The position numbers and the translations under genes were made by a program. DNA of 64,000 nucleotides, taken from NCBI RefSeq assembly GCF_009914755.1, contig NC_060948.1; one strand, written 5' to 3'. Shown here piece after piece: positions 60,301 through 64,000 of this stretch. The notes beneath the pieces are model-generated. The model searched no databases, was not told the origin of the DNA, and worked only from the letters and a program-made list of their open reading frames with translations. Numbering within the stretch: position 1 is the first letter of the stretch; every line of letters starts with the position of its first letter. The DNA is from the human T2T-CHM13v2.0 reference genome, Homo sapiens.

Positions 60301-62000
60301 GAAAAAGAATTGAATGGAATAGAACAGAATGGAATCAAATCGAATGAAATGGAATGGAATAGAAAGGAATGGAATGAAATGGAATGGAAAGGATTCGAAT
60401 GGAATGCAATCGAATGGAATGGAATCGAACGGAATGGAATAAAATGGAAGAAAACTGGCAAGAAATGGAATCGAAATGAATGGAGTGTTATGGAACGGAC
60501 TCAAAAGGAATTGAATGTAATAGAATGGAGTGGAGTGGACTCGAATATAATGGACTGGAATGGAATGAAATCACATGGAATGGGAACGAATGGAATGGAA
60601 TGGAAAGGAATGGAATCGAATGGAAAGGAATCGAATGGAAGGGAATGAAATTGAATCAACAGGAATGGAAGGGAATAGAATAGACGGTAATGGAATGGAC
60701 TCGAATAGAATGGACACGAATGCTCAAATTGAATGGACTCGAATGGAATGGAAACGAAAGGAATGTCATCGAATGGAATTGAATCGATTGGAATGAAATC
60801 GCATAGAATGGAGTGGAATCAAATGGAATTGAATCGAAAGGAAAGGAAGCGAATGGACTGAAATGAAATGGAATGGAATTGAATGGAAAGTAATGCAATG
60901 GAATAGAATGGAACGAAATTTCACGGAATGGAATCAAACTGAATGGAATCAAATCAATGGAATCAAATCAAATGGAATGGAAAGGAATTGAATGGAGTAG
61001 ATTGGATTGGATGGGATTGGAATGAAATGTACTGGAAAGGACTCGAATTTCATGAAATGGAATGGAATGAATTGGAACGGAATGGACTCGAATGGAATGG
61101 AATGTCATGGAATGGCATCAAATGGAATGGCATCAAATGGAATGGAATCGAATGCAATGGAATGCTATGGAATGGAATGGAATGCATTGGAATGGAATGT
61201 CCTCTAATGGAATGGATTCGAGTGGAATGGAATCGAATATAATGGAGTCGAATGAAAAGGAATTGAAAGGAGTGGGATCGAATACAATGGAATATACTGG
61301 AATGTAATGTAATGAACTCGAATGTAATTGACTGGAATGGAATGTACATGAATGGAATGTAATCGAATGGAAAGTAATCCAATGGAATAGAATCTAATGC
61401 AATAAAACCGACTCAGATAGAGTAGAATGTAATGGAATGGAGAGCAGTGCAATGGAATGGAATGGAATGGAATGCAATGGAATGGAATGGAATGGAATGG
61501 AATGGAATGGAATGGGATGGAATGAGATGGAATGGTATGGAGTGGATAGTAATGGACTGGAGTGAAATGGACTGGAAAGGAATGGACTCAAATTGAAAGG
61601 GCTCGAAAGGAATGGAGTCAAATGGAATGGTCTGGAATGGAATGAACACGAATGTAATGCAATCCAATAGAATGGAATCGAATGGCATGGAATATAAAGA
61701 AATGGAATCGAAGAGAATGGAAACAAATGGAATGGAATTGAATGGAATGGAATTGAATGGAATGGGAACGAATGGAGTGAAATTGTATGCAGTAGAAGGG
61801 AATAGAATGGAATGCAAGCGAAAGGAAAGGAATGGATTGGAATGGAATGGAATTCATTGGAATGGAAGGGAATGTAGTGTAATGGACAGGCCTGGAATAA
61901 AGTGGAATGCTACGGTCTCGAATGGAATAAAAATGTATGGAATGGAATGCAATGAAACGGAATCGAATGTCATAGAATGTAATGGAATGCAAAAAAATGG
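40700..62000 (+). repeat. Tandem duplication of a three-unit block, period 10,662 bp (3564+3544+3554)
   Basis: The unit-length triplet 3564/3544/3554 occurs twice in succession. All indels and most substitutions recur at +10662 (extra EcoRI 41276/51938; ORF-track pairs 40888/51550, 43193/53855, 50281/60943). The ends can be placed only within ~470 bp intervals. Confidence 0.93.
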
Positions 62001-64000
62001 AATCCAAAATCATTGACTGGAAAGGCTGGGAGTCGAAAGGAATTGACTCCAATGGAATGGAATCGAATGGAATGGAAGTGAATAGAATCGAACTAAATCG
62101 AATGGAATGGAATTGATAGGAACGGAATGGAAAGGAATGCAATGATTTGGCATGGAATGGAATCGAATGGCATCGAATGGAATGGAATGGAATGCAATGG
62201 AATGGAATGTATTAGAATGTAATGAACTTTAATGGAATGTACTCGAATGGATTCGACTGGAATGGAATGTTCTGGAAGTGAATGGACTCCAATGGAATGG
62301 ATTCAAAAGGAATGGAATCGTACGGAATGGAATCTAATGGAATGGAATTAAATGGAAATGAATCAAATTGAATAGCACGGAATTGAATTGAATGGAATGG
62401 AATGCAATGGAATCTAATGAAACGGAAAGGAAAGGAATGGAATGGAATGGAAAGGGATGGAATGGAAAGGAATCGAAACGAATGGAATGGAATCGAACTG
62501 AAGAGACTGGAATGGAATGCACTGGAATGGAAAGGAGTGTAATGGAAGGTTCTCGAAAAAAATGGAATCGAATGGAATGGAATTGAATGGAACAGAATAG
62601 AGTCGAATGGAATTGAATGGAATGGAATGGACTAGAGTGAAATGGAATCGAACCACAAGGAATGGACAGGAATAGAATGGTCTCGAATTGAATGGAATCG
62701 TATGGAATGGCATCAAACGGAATGGAATGGACAGCCACGGAATGGAATGCACTCGAATGCAATGGAGTCGAAACTAATGGACTGGAATAGAATGGACTCG
62801 ACTGGTACGGACTCCAATGGAATGGAATCGAATGGAAGGGAATCGAACGGAATGGACTCGAAGGGAAAAGACTGCAATGGAAAGGTCTCGAATGGAATGG
62901 AAATTAATGGAATGGAATGGAATCGAATGAAATGGAGTCAAAAGGAATGGAATCGAATGGCAAGAAATCGAATGTAATGGAATCGCAAGGAATTGATGTG
63001 AACGGAACGGAATGGAATGGAATCCAAAGGAATGGAATAGAATGGAATGGAATCGAATGGAAAGGACTCGAATGGAAAACACTCGAATAGAATGCAATTT
63101 AATAAAATAGGATCAAATGTAATGGAATGGAATGGAAAGGAATCGAAACGAAAGGAATGGAGACAGATGGAATGGAATGGAACAGAGAGCAATGGTATAG
63201 AATGGAATGGAATCATCTGGAATGGAATTGAATGGAATGGAATAATATGAAATGGAATGGAATGGAATGGAATGGAATGGAATGGAATGCCCTTGAATTA
63301 AATGGACTGGAATGGAATGGACTCGAACAGAGTGGAATGGAAAGTGTTGAGATAGAATGCAATGGACTCCTTCGGAATGGTCTAGTATGCAATGCAATCG
63401 ACTGGCAGGGAATCAAACGGAATGTAATCGAATGGATTGGACTGGAATGCAGTGGACTCGAATAGATTGGAAACGGAATGCAAAGGAATGGAATGGAATA
63501 GTATGGAATGGAATGGAAAGGAATGGAGTGGAATAGACTAGAGTGGAATGGAATGGACTGGAAAGCAATGGACTGGAATGGAACTTTCTTGAATGGACTG
63601 GAATCAAACGGAATGGAATGCAATGCAATCAAATGGCATGGAATAAAATAGAATGAAAGAGAATCAAATGGAATTGAATCGAATGGAATCGAATGGATTG
63701 GAAAGGAATAGAATGGAATGGAATGGAATGGACTCAAATGGAATGGATTCGAATGGAAGGCAAAGGAATGGAATCTATTGGAATGGACTGTAATGGAATG
63801 GAATGGAAGGGATTGGAATGGACTCGAATGGAATGGACTGCAATAGAAAGGATTCGAATGGAATGAAAAAGAATTGAATGGAATAGAACAGAATGGAATC
63901 AAATCGAATGAAATGGAATGGAATAGAAAGGAATGGAATGAAATGGAATGGAAAGGATTCGAATGGAATGCAATCGAATGGAATGGAATCGAACGGAATG

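Larger units (their letters stand above)
1470..61849 (+). repeat. 17 complete ~3.55 kb DYZ1-type units delimited by the conserved EcoRI site, plus partial units at both window ends
   Basis: GAATTC in the context ggaattcattgg starts at 1470, 4983, 8496, 12039, 15586, 19135, 22714, 26283, 29835, 33404, 36967, 40526, 44090, 47634, 51188, 54752, 58296 and 61850. GGCC (gacaggcctg) follows 39 bp later. Spacings are 3513, 3513, 3543, 3547, 3549, 3579, 3569, 3552, 3569, 3563, 3559, 3564, 3544, 3554, 3564, 3544 and 3554. Confidence 0.95.
1..64000 (+). repeat. DYZ1: Human satellite III (HSat3) array of diverged (GGAAT)n/(ATTCC)n, most likely DYZ1 of Yq12 heterochromatin
   Basis: Continuous GGAAT pentamers and one- or two-base variants (CGAAT, GGACT, GCAAT, TGAAT, AGAAT) span the window in one orientation. 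There is a ~3.55 kb higher-order period with one conserved EcoRI site and one conserved HaeIII site per unit, and two units measure exactly 3564 bp. The HSat3 call is near certain; the Y assignment rests on unit length and restriction pattern, not a database search. Confidence 0.93.

Noticed and set aside
9-63902. Hundreds of 60-318 aa ORFs on both strands (MEWNG.../IPFHS...)
   Set aside because: Pure (GGAAT)n has no stop codon in any frame and translates to MEWNG or IPFHS repeats. The ORFs overlap in several frames, have no domain-like content, and open or close at random between units.
1-64000. CRISPR-like repeat-spacer array or prokaryotic system
   Set aside because: There are no unique spacers, constant direct repeats, leader or cas-like genes. 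The sequence is continuous primate satellite.
1-64000. DYZ2/HSat1B, Alu or L1 insertion, or a strand inversion
   Set aside because: No AT-rich block, Alu-like segment, long poly(A) tail or ATTCC-strand switch was seen anywhere in the window.
1-64000. Alternative identity as HSat2 or autosomal HSat3 (e.g. chr9)
   Set aside because: It lacks the dominant CATTCGATTC/ATGATG pattern of HSat2, and the 3564 bp EcoRI/HaeIII period fits DYZ1. Not formally excluded without an alignment.

Overview
The whole 64 kb window is one uninterrupted, single-orientation array of human satellite III (HSat3), with the G-rich strand (GGAAT)n on +. It is organised as about 18 copies of a ~3.55 kb unit, each carrying one conserved EcoRI site and one conserved StuI/HaeIII site. 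Measured unit lengths are 3513-3579 bp, and two are exactly 3564 bp, the classical DYZ1 unit length, so this is most likely the DYZ1 array of Yq12 heterochromatin. There are no genes, RNA genes, transposons, DYZ2/Alu insertions or inversions; all listed ORFs are MEWNG/IPFHS translation artefacts of the pentamer. The interesting structure is internal. (i) Each unit has three perfect tripartite heat-shock elements (nGAAn-nTTCn-nGAAn), retained at 53 of 54 positions. (ii) There are nested recent duplications, including a 10,662 bp three-unit higher-order repeat with a chimeric junction unit. (iii) Variant subfamilies recur tens of kb apart. (iv) Pentamer register is strictly kept apart from four fixed phase-shift sites. 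(v) An AP-1 site is lost in one subfamily. I found no evidence of a novel coding system. All comparisons were made by eye and should be confirmed by alignment.
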